A stretch of DNA of 52,024 nt, the filler included, from Squatina squatina (lineage: Eukaryota): the NCBI GenBank assembly GCA_031763465.1. It is 3 parts of 3 records of this genome, joined end to end, with 100 filler letters (N's around TTAATTAATTAA, not from the genome) between each part and the next. Parts side by side here need not be neighbours in the genome. Positions count along the whole stretch, not along the records: positions 1 to 25,715 come from JARFOE010000046.1; 2 more parts are not named here. One strand, written 5' to 3'. Below the pieces are notes generated by a model. The model had not been told where the DNA came from, made no database searches, and saw nothing but the letters and a program-made list of their open reading frames with translations. Positions 1 to 13,106 of the stretch are shown here, piece after piece. Each line of letters starts with the position of its first letter. The first letter of the stretch is position 1. The position numbers and the translations under genes were made by a program.

Positions 1-489
1 TGGGTTAATTTTGGGACGGGTGGGGGGGAAATCAGAGTCCATGAGATTTGGCTAGAAGCAGCAGACGCTGTTTTAGATCAGTTGAACTTCAATGTTGGTT
101 CTATTTATATAATTAATTTAATTGCTTGTATTCCATGTTTTTGTACAGTTTTATGTACATGCAAATGTTGCTTTTATATAAAAAAACAAATCAGCAGATG
201 GAAGTATGTTACTATTTTTAGATGGGTTTAATGTGTAATCAGAACCATATTGTTAAGGGTGTTTGGAAACACATATAATGCTTTACTAGTTAATCCACTG
301 GCTTCCTATGTTAATTATGAGATTTGCGCGGGCAGTGAGCACAGTTCATGATTTATATCTTTTTTTTCCTATTGTTAAGCATGTAAACAAATTCTTGGCC
401 CTTATTTGCTGAGCAGTCAACAGAGAGAAAACAAAATCATTGTAATTATTCCTTCCTCGAAGCTTTACAATAAAATGGGAAAATGAGCA

Positions 490-828
490 GCCTGTTGTCC
501 TTGAGGCATTCTCTCTTTTCGAAGGGGTTCCAGGGGTGGTGGTTGGGGGGGTGGGGTGGTTCCTATTGTCTTAGCCCCTCTCCTGAAGGTGCTTGCCCAG
601 AACAAATAACCAAGGCACTGCTCCGCTGGTGTAAGGCTTCTGCTCCTGAACCTGCTGAAGTATCTGGAGCCAGCGGGAGGGCATCTACTTCACATAATGC
701 TGTTGGGCGCTTGGCAGTGGTGGTAGTGGTGGTGGGGGTTGCGAGTGTTAAATGTGAAGCTGGGCAACATCTCATAGCCTTACTGGTGCCACCAGCCCAG
801 CGATACGTTTCTGAAGCGGGCGCACTTA
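490..828. mobile_element. Probable DNA-transposon internal relic
   Basis: GC-rich island with composition similar to the Harbinger companion-ORF fragments. No splice signals or recognisable host protein. Confidence 0.3.
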
Positions 829-1320
829 ACAACAACTTGCTATTTCTACAGTACCTTTAATGAAGTAAAACACCAAGGCGCTTCACAGGAGCGTTATCAA
901 ACAAAATTTGACACCGAGCCACATATGGAGGTATTTGGACAGGTGACCAAAAGCTTGGTCAAAGTGGTAGGTTTTAAGGAGCATCTTAAAGGAGGAAAGA
1001 GAGGCGGAGAGTTTTATGGAGGGAATTCCAGAGCCTTGGCAGCTGAAAGCACGGCCGCCAATGGTGGAGCAATGAGAGGCCGGAACTGGAGGAGTGCAGA
1101 GATCTCAGAGGGCTGTAGGGCTGGAGGAGGTTACGGAGATAGGGAGGTGGTGAGGCCATGGAGGGATTTGAAAACAAGGATGATTATCTTTTTAACAAAT
1201 TCGATGCTTTGCCAGACCGGGAGCCAATGTAGGTCAGTGAGCACAGGGGCCGTGGGTAAGTGGAACTTGGTGCGAGTTAGATTACAGGCAGTAAAGTTTT
1301 AGATGAGCTCAAGTTTACGG
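829..1320 (-). mobile_element. L2 LINE 3' fragment
   Basis: Reverse-complement homologue of 50500-51055, beginning with an (AAC)n tail. Confidence 0.85.
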
Positions 1321-1420
1321 NNNNNNNNNNNNNNNNNNNNNNNNNNNNNNNNNNNNNNNNNNNNNNNNNNNNNNNNNNNNNNNNNNNNNNNNNNNNNNNN
1401 NNNNNNNNNNNNNNNNNNNN

Positions 1421-1493
1421 GAATGGCGGTGCAGGCTCGAAGGGCCAAATGGCCTACTCCTGCACCTATTTTCTATGTTTCTATGTTTCTATG
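1421..1493 (+). mobile_element. CR1-type 3' terminus with (TTCTATGT)n tail
   Basis: GGCTCGAAGGGCCAAATGGCCTACTCCTG followed by an octamer tail. Near-identical to 47693-47768. Confidence 0.8.
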
Positions 1494-3409
1494 ACAGCGA
1501 CAGCCATATCCTGAGAATGAATTAAAAGTTTTTTCAAAATTTGATTTGAAACTAAAATATGTTCCAGCACAGTCTCCCAGGGTACCACTACCTTCATCCT
1601 GCCAATCTGAAACTCATCCATCTTGGAACATGATGACACAAGTCGTCTCAAAATAGCTCATTGCAACACAAAAATTATATTGTGTAATTGTCTATCATTA
1701 AGAGTCGAATGGCATGTGGCTGTTCCATTCTTCTCAATCAGCAGGCATGAAGTCAGTGCCTTTTTAATAATGTACGAGATTATAGAGAATTTCATCCTCT
1801 TTGTGCTCTCATGCTAATTTATGCTTTATGTCAGACGGATGCCAACTGCTGTGAAAAATCAAGATGAATCACTGGAGATTGGCATCAATCAGCAGCTCAA
1901 GTGACAATAAGACCTTCATTATCATAATCGATAGCAACTTATGTCTCGAAAGAGATTGTCTCCTTTCGGGATGTTTTTTCTACATTCTCTCTTCACTGTC
2001 TCATTGCGAAACAAAATGGCACAGAAACCCATGTTTGCTTTGGTGAGACAGGATCTTATTTGTGCACTGAGGGAATCTGCCATTGGTGCCGTGTGTTGGG
2101 GAGCTGCAGCTGCAATTTTAAAAAGCGCGCAGAGCAATTTAGCGCAAGGGTGTTAAGCCATGACGCAGGACCAGTGGTAATCGTAATTTCCCCTGAACGT
2201 TTTCAAATTTGTCAGTGTGTTGCCGTCAAATCTCATTGATCGGAGAGAAGCCCAAATTTTGATGCCCAGACATTGGAGGTCTTAAAAGCGGGAGCACCAA
2301 ACTGTGCGCCTGATTCGCTGTCTGGTCTTATGAGGCATGATTTGAGGGAACTGAGGGAGGGCATGCAACCAGCATGCGTTGGCCTCATGCTAATATTTAG
2401 CTGCCCGATAACAGGCCTTATGCTGGATTTTAAGAACTGGAAGCTAGGCTCCATCCACAATTTTAAAGATTTGAAGATGACGGGGAATAAAAAGTGAGAG
2501 AGATGTAAAATGGCTGTCGACACGCTATTGCCCGTTTTTCACTATCGTGCACAGTCAAGGTCTGCCCCAAGCATTTCTTTCTACCAACTCCAAAATGCCA
2601 GTATTCAAAGCGCGTTGTTCATAAATCCCGTTGGGATGACTGTAGTCGTCTGGAACAAATTCTAAAGGAATTCTAGCAGATGAACTGTAAATCTAGTGGG
2701 ATTTTGCAATGGCTATAGAGTGGAGTAGTTAAATGGAGCTTTTTGGTTGTATATATAATGTCACTTCTGCTTTACTATTCATTTTATCCTTTAGTTCTTG
2801 CAGTGGGTTAAAACTCTCAGCGGTTTTGTCCCCCTCCAGCACGATATTTGCTCCCAAACGCTATGGGGGATGATTTGAACCCTACCTGCCCAGCAGAAAG
2901 CAGGCGAGTAGGGAGTTAAAATGCCCCGAGTTATGAACCAGCCCTGCAGCCACTTGGAGCCTGTCCATCTGCGATCTTAACCCACTCTCCTGTGCAGGTG
3001 GCAAGGTCACACGCCCAAAGACGCTGTACAGATGCCGGGCCCCGATGACATCACTGGGACCTGACTGCAATTTTTACTCAGTCTGAATGGGTAAGCCGAG
3101 TTATCTGATTTTACCTGGGTGGTGGTTGGGATGCTACAATTGCCTTAGTGGTCCTAGAATCGTAGAAACTTACAGTACAGTGGGAGACCATTCAGTCCAT
3201 TATGTGTGTGCTGGCTCTCTGAAAGAGCTATCGTCTTAATCCCATTCCCCGTACCCTTTNNNNNNNNNNNNNNNNNNNNNNNNNNNNNNNNNNNNNNNNN
3301 NNNNNNNNNNNNNNNNNNNNNNNNNNNNNNNNNNNNNNNNNNNNNNNNNNNNNNNNNNNCAGATAATAATCTGCCATCCTGTTTTTACCACCAAAGTGGA
3401 TAACCTCAC

Positions 3410-3662
3410 ATTGGGTAAATATTGGCCAGGAGATCTCCCCTGCTCTAATTTGGAATAGTGCCATGGGATCTTTTACGTCCACCTGGGAGGGCAAATGGGG
3501 CCTCAGTTTAACGTCTCATCCGAAAGACGGCTCCTCTGGCTGTGCAGCAACTCCCTCAGCACTGCACTGGAGTGTCAGACTTGATTATGTGCTCAAGTCT
3601 CTGGAGTGGGACTTGAACTCATGACCCTCTGACTCAGAGATGCATGTGCCAAGGCTGACAAC
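3410..3662 (-). mobile_element. tRNA-derived Deu-domain SINE (SacSINE1-like), 5' half
   Basis: Reverse B-box GGACTTGAAC and core GGGATCTTTTACGTCCACCTG...TTTAACGTCTCATCCGAAAGAC. Homologous to 25816-26215. Confidence 0.75.
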
Positions 3663-5099
3663 ACCTTCAGCAGAGGAAGGGAGGAAATTGGAGCTGAGGG
3701 AATGAACCTTTCTGTTTAAACAAAACACGGTTTAAGTTCTGAGCCCTGCTGTTGGCCTTTTCTGTACCATCACAGTGAGTCACATATGGATTTTATCCAG
3801 TACAATCAAAACTAGCAGAGTTAAACAATATCATTATTTAACAACTGCTGCCATAACATTATTTGTTGCAAAGTTAGCAAATTAGCCGAATAACATCATG
3901 GCTGCAGATAATAGAAAATCATTATTGTCATAAAGTTGCAGTCCACCCATCCGTGAAGTCTCAAAACACTGTGCATATGGTACAGTGCAATTGATATGTT
4001 ATCCAGCGTTCTACACTAATTGTTTGGTTATGGTAACCTTGGATTAATATTGGCTCATTATTCCTGCTACCTTGTGCATCTGATATCTATTGCTGGTAGC
4101 TGTAACTGTGGCATATTGTGAATAGTGCATAATTGCTGTGCAGTAGTCACACATGTATTTGAGTTGGAATGCCATTTATTAAAAAAATTATTGTAGCGGN
4201 NNNNNNNNNNNNNNNNNNNNNNNNNNNNNNNNNNNNNNNNNNNNNNNNNNNNNNNNNNNNNNNNNNNNNNNNNNNNNNNNNNNNNNNNNNNNNNNNNNNA
4301 AGAACGGCCACTTGTGCTAGCAGAGGACTGTCAGCACCCATGAAATTGAACCCCAGTAAGTGGAGAGGAGCGGGGCAAATAAGGTACATAAAAACAATTA
4401 AAAAAGGAGAGAAAAGACAGACATGAACAGAGGCAGTGAAATGAAAGACAGAATAAAACAAGATAGCGAGAGAAAAAGAGTTAGCAGGCAGATGGAGGAA
4501 AATACAGCAGGCAAGGTTCCAATCACTAGAAAGAGCACGGGGTCTGCATTTCAGATAAGGGATCAATCTAATTTCACCCCTCATCTTTTTTTATCAAATT
4601 GTGAGAATTGTAGAGTTCGAGAGACAGAGCTGACAGAATTCAGTTTAAATCCTTGAATATCCAGGAGGATGAGAAAGTAGTTTAACCTTTCAGAACTAGA
4701 TAAAAGCTTCTGGAAATAGCAATTTCAATTCACCAACCCCAGGAATCAAACACTGTTCTTGCTGAAAGACGCAGTCAAAAAGAAGCTTTTATTACTTTTC
4801 AAAGGGTCACATCACCCAGGGGTGGTGCACAGACTATTCATCAAGAATGGCTGCGACACACTAAATTCATAGTTGAAAAAGTTATTAATGGAGTTAATTT
4901 GAAAAATCTATATGCGAATACAGAGCTAAGTATCTTAATTTGTTTTGAACTGTGATAAAAAGTCAAAATTATAGAGCGGAATTAGAATACATGCTTTAAA
5001 GATGGTGTCAAAAGCTTAGGGATTTCTGATTTCCATTTTAATTTACCTATTTTTCTTGTCTTATTTGCGGTTATTGTGAGCATTGATGTGAAGCGATTA

Positions 5100-5242
5100 C
5101 TCGAGCAGAGAAGGTTAAGGGGAGATTTAATAGAAGTATTCAAAACCATGAAGGGTTTCAATAGAATAAAGAAGGAGAAGCTGTTCCCATGGGCAGGAGG
5201 GTCAGTAACCAGAGGACACAGATTTAAGGTAATTGGTAAAAG
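5100..5242 (+). mobile_element. CR1 LINE ORF2 C-terminal fragment
   Basis: LEQRRLRGDLIEVFKTMKGF...TRGHRFK. Confidence 0.85.
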
Positions 5243-6430
5243 NNNNNNNNNNNNNNNNNNNNNNNNNNNNNNNNNNNNNNNNNNNNNNNNNNNNNNNNNN
5301 NNNNNNNNNNNNNNNNNNNNNNNNNNNNNNNNNNNNNNNNNNTGGGAACAGCTCCAAGGGAATTCCAGGCCCACGATGGATTCCTAGCTTTGCGCGTTGG
5401 GGTCCGTGCGCTCATCCCCTCTTCTTCTGTCCCTTCGCTCCATCCCTCTCCACGTTTGATCGGTTTAGCAGCCAAGGAACAGTGAAAACAAACACCATCT
5501 GATTCTGTTAAGCACTGCCACTTACAGCACCACATCGTCACTTAATCTACCGCCGTGCCTGATGAGGAAATAATAGATGAGATAGAACATCCATTCGCCG
5601 TCAGGAAAACAATTGATTGATGCGGACCCGAAAAAAGAAATCGCAGCAGTGAAATGTTCCACCCTCGAATCACTTTTAAATACAGCTTTCTGTTGGTAAG
5701 ATCACTAAAGGATCTATAAATAACTATGATAAATCCCACATGAGCCTAATCCCAATAGGATTTCTCAATTACACTTACCTGCTAGACTTGACAAGTGACT
5801 TCAGCCTTGAGCTTTAGAGAAATCCTTTTTTTATTCACCTGCTGTCAAGGGAGAAATCCCCATGTAATGATGGATTTGAAGATGCCACAAATGTGACATA
5901 AGGACCTTAAAACATTAGGAAATGCTCGTGAACATCGGCAGATGAAGGAAATTGGAAAACGATTTTGTTGAATTTCAGATTGAAAATCAGCCCAAATTAA
6001 TCAGGGACATTTAGTTTGCATGCATAAAACAATACAAATTAAATTGTGGTTGGCAGTTTTAATTTTGATGTTTTTTCTTAACACAGAATTTCATTCAATG
6101 TGCAGCACAAAAACAGGCCTTTCGGCCCGACTGGTCTATGCCGGTGCTTATGCTCCACACATTTATTTTTGAGCCAGATAAGCGCGCGTTGATTGGACTG
6201 CTCTAATTTGCTTTTTGGTCCTCCGATGGCGTTAAAATTTAAGCGAAATAAATTAAGCCTGCTTCTTTAGTTCTGTTTTGATAGATGGCTAATGGCTCCA
6301 GAAGCATCAAGGCCCACTTCAGGGGATGGCNNNNNNNNNNNNNNNNNNNNNNNNNNNNNNNNNNNNNNNNNNNNNNNNNNNNNNNNNNNNNNNNNNNNNN
6401 NNNNNNNNNNNNNNNNNNNNNNNNNNNNNN

Positions 6431-6562
6431 GGAGAGGGAGGGATTCAGGGGGAGGGGGGACAGAGAGAGGGATTCAGGGGGAGGGGGAGAGAGAGGGATT
6501 CAGGGGGAGGGGGAGAGAGAGGGATTCAGGGGGAGGGAGAGGGATTCAGGGGGAGGGGGGAG
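6431..6562. repeat. Purine-rich minisatellite, unit about 26 nt (GAGAGAGGGATTCAGGGGGAGGGGGA)
   Basis: About five visible copies, running into the gap at left. Confidence 0.9.
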
Positions 6563-7049
6563 CGAGAGTGTGCATGTACCACTGTACTATTCGTTGACTG
6601 AGTTGAAGAAATGAATGTGCTTCATCACATTTTATGATCTATTGCTGCGATATGAAAATTATAGCTCTCCTTCAGATAAACTGCTCATTATTCATATCCT
6701 GGGAAATTTCCAAGTAAACAGCTTTTTAGTGCAGAGGAGATTGTATATTGATTGCCAGAGGCATTGAACTTAGTATGTCATCGTGCGATAGTGCTGGGAA
6801 CTGTCGCCGGGATGAAGGATAACAGGTCCACTGTTAATCCATTTTGTTTCAAATTTATACCAGGGAGAACCACAATATTTTTTTATGAATGTGCTGATTC
6901 AGTAAACTTGGAAGGAAGCATAGGCTTCCTTTTTGGTGGCAAAGATGCATGGTGTATCATGTTTTTCGCAAATTACTGCATCCTGATCATCCAGCACCCT
7001 GCACATAACCATTGCACAAATCATCCCATACTCAAGCTGCAGCAGATGT

Positions 7050-7561
7050 GCTGACTCCTGCTGACACCCTCAACCATGCTGTTGTTACCTCCAGACTTGA
7101 TTATTCCAACGTTCTCCTGGTCAGCCTCTCACCTCTCACCCTCCATAAACTTGAGCTCATTCAATATTCTGCTGCCCGTATCCTAACTGGCAACAAATCC
7201 AGTTCACCCATCGCTCCTATGCTCACTGATCTATGTCGGCTCATGGTCCAGCAAAGCTTTGATTTTAAAATTCTCATCATGGTTTTCAAATCCCTCCATG
7301 GCCTTGCCCCTCCCTATCTCTGTAACCTCCTCCAGCCCTAAATCCTTCCAAGATCTCTGCGCTCCTCCAATTCTGGTATCTTGCGCATTCCCGATTTTTA
7401 TCGCTCCACTGTTGGTGGCCGTGCCTTCAGCTGCCAAGGCCCTAAGCTCTGGAATTCCCTTCCTAAACCTCTCCGCCTCTTGATCACTCCTCCTTTAAGG
7501 CCCTCCATAAAACCTACCTCTCTGACCAAACTTTTGGTCACATGTCTAATTTGGCCCTGAA
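7050..7561 (+). mobile_element. L2 LINE 3' fragment
   Basis: LNHAVVTSRLDYSNVLL...LHKLELIQYSAARILT...FKILIMVFKSLHGLAPPYL, a typical L2 ORF2 C-terminus. Confidence 0.9.
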
Positions 7562-8207
7562 NNNNNNNNNNNNNNNNNNNNNNNNNNNNNNNNNNNNNNN
7601 NNNNNNNNNNNNNNNNNNNNNNNNNNNNNNNNNNNNNNNNNNNNNNNNNNNNNNNNNNNNNATTAAATGACTCCAATGTGACATTCTCATTGAATATGCT
7701 GTGCATGATATAACATAGTTTTAATAACTGTTGAGTTTGGTTTTAAATGAATATCATATTTGTAACAAAATATGCCTGAACTGTTAGGTAATAGTCACTT
7801 CACGGCGGTTCAGACTGATATATTACTACAGTGAGTAACCCCTTCATATAACACTCCCTTAGGGAGCCATAAGACAACAGCATTATTATGAAGGGCACGT
7901 TATAAATGAAGTGCTGTATACTTCAGTTTAGTAAAAAAAAAATTATTTAATGAAACGAGCAATTGACCTCTTGGCATTTTTGGTGCATTATTTGAGGCTG
8001 ATGATCTGAAATCTTCCAGGGAGCTGTAAACAATGCATGTTATGTTTGAGGCTCTTGCAGAGCTGTGTGTGTGATCTGTGCTAGCATTTCTTATTGGTTC
8101 CAGCCAAGTTTCTGCCTTCCTTTCATGACGGTTGCTGGCAGGCTTCTAATGACTCTCTGTGCGAGGAACACAGTAACAGGAGTAGGCCAGTCAGCCTCTT
8201 GAGCCTG

Positions 8208-8513
8208 TTACATCGAATGTACAGCACAGAAACAGGCCTTACAGCCCAACTGGTCCATCCTAGCATTACGGCTCCACATGAGCCGCCTCCCACCCGACTC
8301 CTAACTATCAGCATATTCCTTTTTCCCCTCTTGTGTATACCCAACCTCCCCTTAAATGCATCTTTGCTATTCACCTCAACTGTTCCATGTGGTAGCGAGT
8401 TCCACATTCTCACCACTCTCTGGGTAAAGAAGTTTCCCCGAACTTCGCTATTGGATATATTGGGGATATATAGGGGATATATTTATGGCCCCTAGTTTTG
8501 GTCTCCCCCACAA
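8208..8513 (-). mobile_element. CR1 LINE 3' fragment
   Basis: VVRMWNSLPHGTVEVNSKDAFKGRLG on the minus strand, plus 3' UTR. Confidence 0.8.
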
Positions 8514-9173
8514 NNNNNNNNNNNNNNNNNNNNNNNNNNNNNNNNNNNNNNNNNNNNNNNNNNNNNNNNNNNNNNNNNNNNNNNNNNNNNNNNNNNNNNN
8601 NNNNNNNNNNNNNAGGTAACAAAGGCATGGGTTGGGGTTTCAACTCAGCATTGCTTTTTCTGGGACCTTGCTGTGCGCAAATTGTTTGCTGTGTTTCCTA
8701 CATTTCAAAAAGTGACTGCACTAAAAGAAGCACTTCATTAACTGTAAAGCACTTTGGGACATCCTGAGGTTGTGAAAAAACACTATATAAATGCAAGTTC
8801 TTCCTTTCAATCCTGACATGAGCATGTATGTAGAATTTCCGCACTGCTGGCTGTACAGTTCAAGGTTTCCCCATGGCTCAAAACCTAATTGAATTAATGA
8901 ATGTATGAGCAGGCCCAGTCAAGTCCACTCATGTCTCTTTGTTTCTATTCTTACTGTAGGAAGACATCAAATTGTTACATCAACTGGTAAATTGGAGGAG
9001 GAGGAGGGTGAGGGTGAATTTCTACAATGCAGTAATTTCTGGAGTTCTTAATGTCTATCTGGGTCAACAAACTTTAAGCTTCTCCGCTCTCCCATTATGT
9101 AATTTCCCTCAGAGCAATCTATCTTTAGCTCACAACAGGGAAAGATGATCTTAAGGTAGTCCACAGCTTTTAT

Positions 9174-9905
9174 TGGCCCTGAATTTGCGGCCCCTGTGGG
9201 GGGCGTATGAGGTGCGCACACGCGTATAGAGGCCGCGCAACTTCCCAGGCAAAACGCATGCGCCTAAACCTGAAACTTGCAACCTGTCCTCTTGACAGAT
9301 CGCACGCCTCTTCGCAACTAAAGGGCCTCCGCAGACAGAGAGTCGGGCTATTTGACCCAGCTCCTGCCCAGAGAATACCGTTTATATTCTTTTGGCCGAT
9401 AAAAGCTGGCGCAAGGCCTGCGTTTATCAGCTTAAGACTTTTATAGCACACAAAAGTATTTTTTTTTCCAATAATTTAAACATTTAAGATCCTGTTAAAT
9501 AAGGCAAGTTTATTTTTGGACACTTTAAAATATATAAATTTATTTTTCAAAAATTAAAATTTTTGTTTTAAATAATTAATTAAATCCCATTTTGAATGAT
9601 TATGAATATGTGATTAAAAAAAAAATATTTGAACTGTTATTGCGTTTTTGGGGATATTCCCATCCATAATCCTGGTAATTGCGGAATTTAAGATTAGTGG
9701 GAATGCCTTTACCATGATTCGTGACCCTAGAGGCGCCTGCGAAGTGCATACATGGATACGATGCGCGGACCCAGTACCCGAAGGTACACAGAGAGCCCCA
9801 GAACCAGAAGTCTCCGAAACTCCTGGGACCCAAGGTAAATGCGTAGAAATCTTTAAGGCCGGAGGCAGCCGCCCACAGGAAGCCTCCGACCGCTATTTCT
9901 GGCTC
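9174..9905. mobile_element. MITE / non-autonomous DNA transposon with imperfect TIRs
   Basis: Left end GGCCCTGAATTTGCGG versus reverse complement of the right end GAGCCAGAAATAGCGG. CpG-rich arms and an AT-rich core. Confidence 0.65.
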
Positions 9906-10078
9906 GTTATCTGGTCATTATCGCATTGCAGTTTGTGGGAGCTTGCTGTGCGCAAATGGGCCGCCGCGTTTCCTACATTACAGCAGTGACTACACTTCAG
10001 GGAGTACTCCATTGGCTGCAAAGCGCTTTGGGACGTCCGGCGGCCGTGAAAGGTGCTACATCAATGCAAGTCTTTATT
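9905..10078 (+). mobile_element. Deu-domain SINE, 3' half
   Basis: GGGAGCTTGCTGTGCGCAAATGGGCCGCCGCGTTTCCTACATTACAGCAGTGACTACACTTCA...AAAGCGCTTTGGGAC. Further copies at about 8648-8800 (+), 12517-12715 (-) and 51893-51951 (+). Confidence 0.8.
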
Positions 10079-11749
10079 TTTTCTTTTCAATGCTCGACAA
10101 GTGTGACNNNNNNNNNNNNNNNNNNNNNNNNNNNNNNNNNNNNNNNNNNNNNNNNNNNNNNNNNNNNNNNNNNNNNNNNNNNNNNNNNNNNNNNNNNNNN
10201 NNNNNNNATATCTCATTGAGAGGGCAGACAGGACTTTAGGTAACTCCTCTTTGAACTGACAAGTTACTGCGATCTTTAAGCAAATGTAGATTAAATAAAG
10301 CTTGTGAACCCACATGCACGTGCGTTTGCTGGTGACACAGGGACATGTTGAATGCCAGGTTAATGTTTGAGAAGGCGCTAGCCCTTTTACTGCCCACCTC
10401 ACACCATGTTAAAAACAACTCGTTTTATATAGAAGCAGTGTGGACTGTATATTAATGACCTTTCCTGGTGCTACAATAAATGTGTACCCTCTCTTAATAA
10501 AATAAGTCCAGAAAAAGATCCAAAATCCCTTCCAAATGCAACTCAGTTAATTTTGGACTGACTGGAGCATCTAATTTGTTTAACTGTACACCCCTAATTA
10601 CTATTTGCTTGAATATTTTGGCTAAACACAGTCAGATATTGTGACAAATTGGTCACAGGCTTTGCAGAAAATTACTGTATCATGCTGCTTTACAAGTCAT
10701 GGCCTCCTTTATTTAGCCGCATGTGTGTCTAATCTATCCAACCAGTTTATCATGCTTACGGTTCTGGTAAAATACAGATATTAATCACATAATAGAGCTG
10801 CAAACAACATACTTTATCCTGAAGGGTAAGCGCATATTTCATGCCTTGTGGTGAACTGACCCAGAGTGAATCGTCAGGGATGCCTGAATGACGGCTGAGC
10901 TCCCATCCAGCAGCGATGTTATCTGTCATTTTTATTATCCATTCTCAGGATGTAGGTGTCGCTGGTATGGCAGGCATTTATTGCCCATCCCCTAGTTGCC
11001 CCGAGAAGGTGGTGGGCCTCCTTCCTGAACCATTTACATCGAGCCTTTAGCACAGGAACAGGCCATTCGGCCCATTTTGTTTATGCCAACGTTTACTCTA
11101 CACTCAAGCCTCCTTCCATCCTCTTCATCTAACCCCATCAACATNNNNNNNNNNNNNNNNNNNNNNNNNNNNNNNNNNNNNNNNNNNNNNNNNNNNNNNN
11201 NNNNNNNNNNNNNNNNNNNNNNNNNNNNNNNNNNNNNNNNNNNNTTGAAAAGTGAATAAAACGTTTTGCTCCTCAGCATAATGTTCGCCAAAAAGTTCAT
11301 GGTAAGAGTTATGGACAGACAATTGGTTATTCACACTAGCTAGTCATAACACTTCAGTTCTTTCATCTCCATTTGTTATGTCACTGACCAAGAGGCCAGT
11401 CAATAAAATCATGAAGTGTGAAGTTGACCGGTAGTTGAACCATTGTGCGACCACCTGGAAACTTCAATTATATCTGAAAGCAACCAAGTGGTTTTTCATA
11501 GCTGTCAATGGTGAACTTTTGAGAATAATCAGTCATGTCTTTCTGCCTTTATTCTGCAAGTACAGTTTGAGACTGGTACCTGTTTGATAGCAGTGCAAAC
11601 TGACAGCTCTGAGCTTTATTGGTGGCACCACACTGCTGTCAAACAGGGGGAGAACATTGCACTGTGCAAGAGCACTTAAATGTAAGCATGATGCTCTGCT
11701 AACTCTGTATCTCCCTAGTCGTCCCTTCCCTTCCTCCAACAGTCTGAAG

Positions 11750-11992
11750 AATTACATAGGATTACATAGGATATACAGCACAGAAACAGGCCATTCGGCC
11801 TAACTAGTCCATGCTGGCATTTATGCTCCACTCGAGCCTCCTCTCTTTCCTCATCTAAAATTATCAGCATAACCCTCTATTCTCTTCTCCCTCATATGCT
11901 TGTCTAACCACTCCTTAAATGCATCTGTACAATTCACTTCAACCACTCCCTGTGGGAGCAAGTTCCTCTTTCTCACCACTTTCTGGGTCAAG
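11750..11992 (-). mobile_element. CR1 LINE 3' fragment
   Basis: Reverse-complement homologue of 12840-13105, with an ATTACATAGG tail duplication. Confidence 0.8.
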
Positions 11993-12158
11993 GCTTTTGA
12001 AACCCAACCTTGCTGTTATCTAACTCAGTACTCAAAGATTTTTGGTTGGTGGACCCCTTTTCGAATGGGTTAGTAATCACGCACCCCCCATATAAATTAT
12101 TACCCAATACAATACTCAAGATATGAAAGAGTGGTTTAATAATGCTTTTAAGAAAATA

Positions 12159-12416
12159 GGGGGGTGAGATTGGCCGCTATGCAAAATTGGGTTAGCGCCT
12201 ATTTAATGCGTTAATGGGGCGCTAAACATTCTTAAGACGTTAAATCGCCGTTTAGCGCCTCGAGCAAAATTCACTAGGCAAAAACGTTAGGCGCTAAGGT
12301 TTAGCGCCTTCGCAGCCAGGCAAGATTGTGTTAGCACCTCTGATGACGTCATCAGTGGGCGCAACACTTCGTTGGCGCCCCTTTGCTAAATTCCCCAAAG
12401 TTAGCGCCTAAAGTCT
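12159..12416. mobile_element. DNA transposon terminus rich in TTAGCGCC motifs
   Basis: Starts GGGGGTGAGATTGG and carries repeated TTAGCGCC / GGCGCTAA in both orientations. Truncated by a gap. Confidence 0.55.
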
Positions 12417-12839
12417 NNNNNNNNNNNNNNNNNNNNNNNNNNNNNNNNNNNNNNNNNNNNNNNNNNNNNNNNNNNNNNNNNNNNNNNNNNNNNNNNNNNN
12501 NNNNNNNNNNNNNNNNTACACTACATCAAGTCTCTCAGAAATGCCTTGAAGTGCTTCACATACACTGAATTGCTTTGAAATGTGTTTTAATGTAGGTAGT
12601 GCACTAATCATTTTGTGCACAAAACCCCACAAACAACAGTGAGATGAATGACCAATTCAGTTGCATTTGCTGGTGTTGCATGAAGGCTGAAAATTGGCCA
12701 AGGCACCAGCAAGGTTCTGGAGGACAGCACAATCAGTTTTCATTTCAACATAGTGAGAGGGCAGTGCAGGAGAAGAACACGGAGGACAATCTATTTTTAA
12801 GTTTAGATGGAATGAAATGAGAACATTGGGAGCAGTAGT

Positions 12840-13106
12840 ACTAAATAGAGAATTCAGAAGAAATGTCTTTAACCAGAGAGTGGTGAGAATGTGGAACTTG
12901 CTACCACAGGGAGTGGTTGAGGCCCTCAGCATAGATACATTTAAGGGGAAGCTAGGTAAGCATATGAGGGAGAATGGAGTAGAGGGGTATGCTGATAGGG
13001 ATAGACGAGGAAGGATTGGAGGAGGCTCGAGTGGCGCATAAAGGCTGGCATGGACTGGTTGGGCCAAATGGCCTGTTTCTGTGCCATATATCTTATATAA
13101 TTCTAT
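12840..13106 (+). mobile_element. CR1 LINE 3' fragment
   Basis: RRNVFNQRVVRMWNLLPQGVVEALSIDTFKGKLGKHM. Confidence 0.85.

Noticed and set aside
8961-8990. Possible 27-nt microexon (EDIKLLHQL)
   Set aside because: Splice-like flanks alone are common by chance, and it cannot be assigned to a gene.
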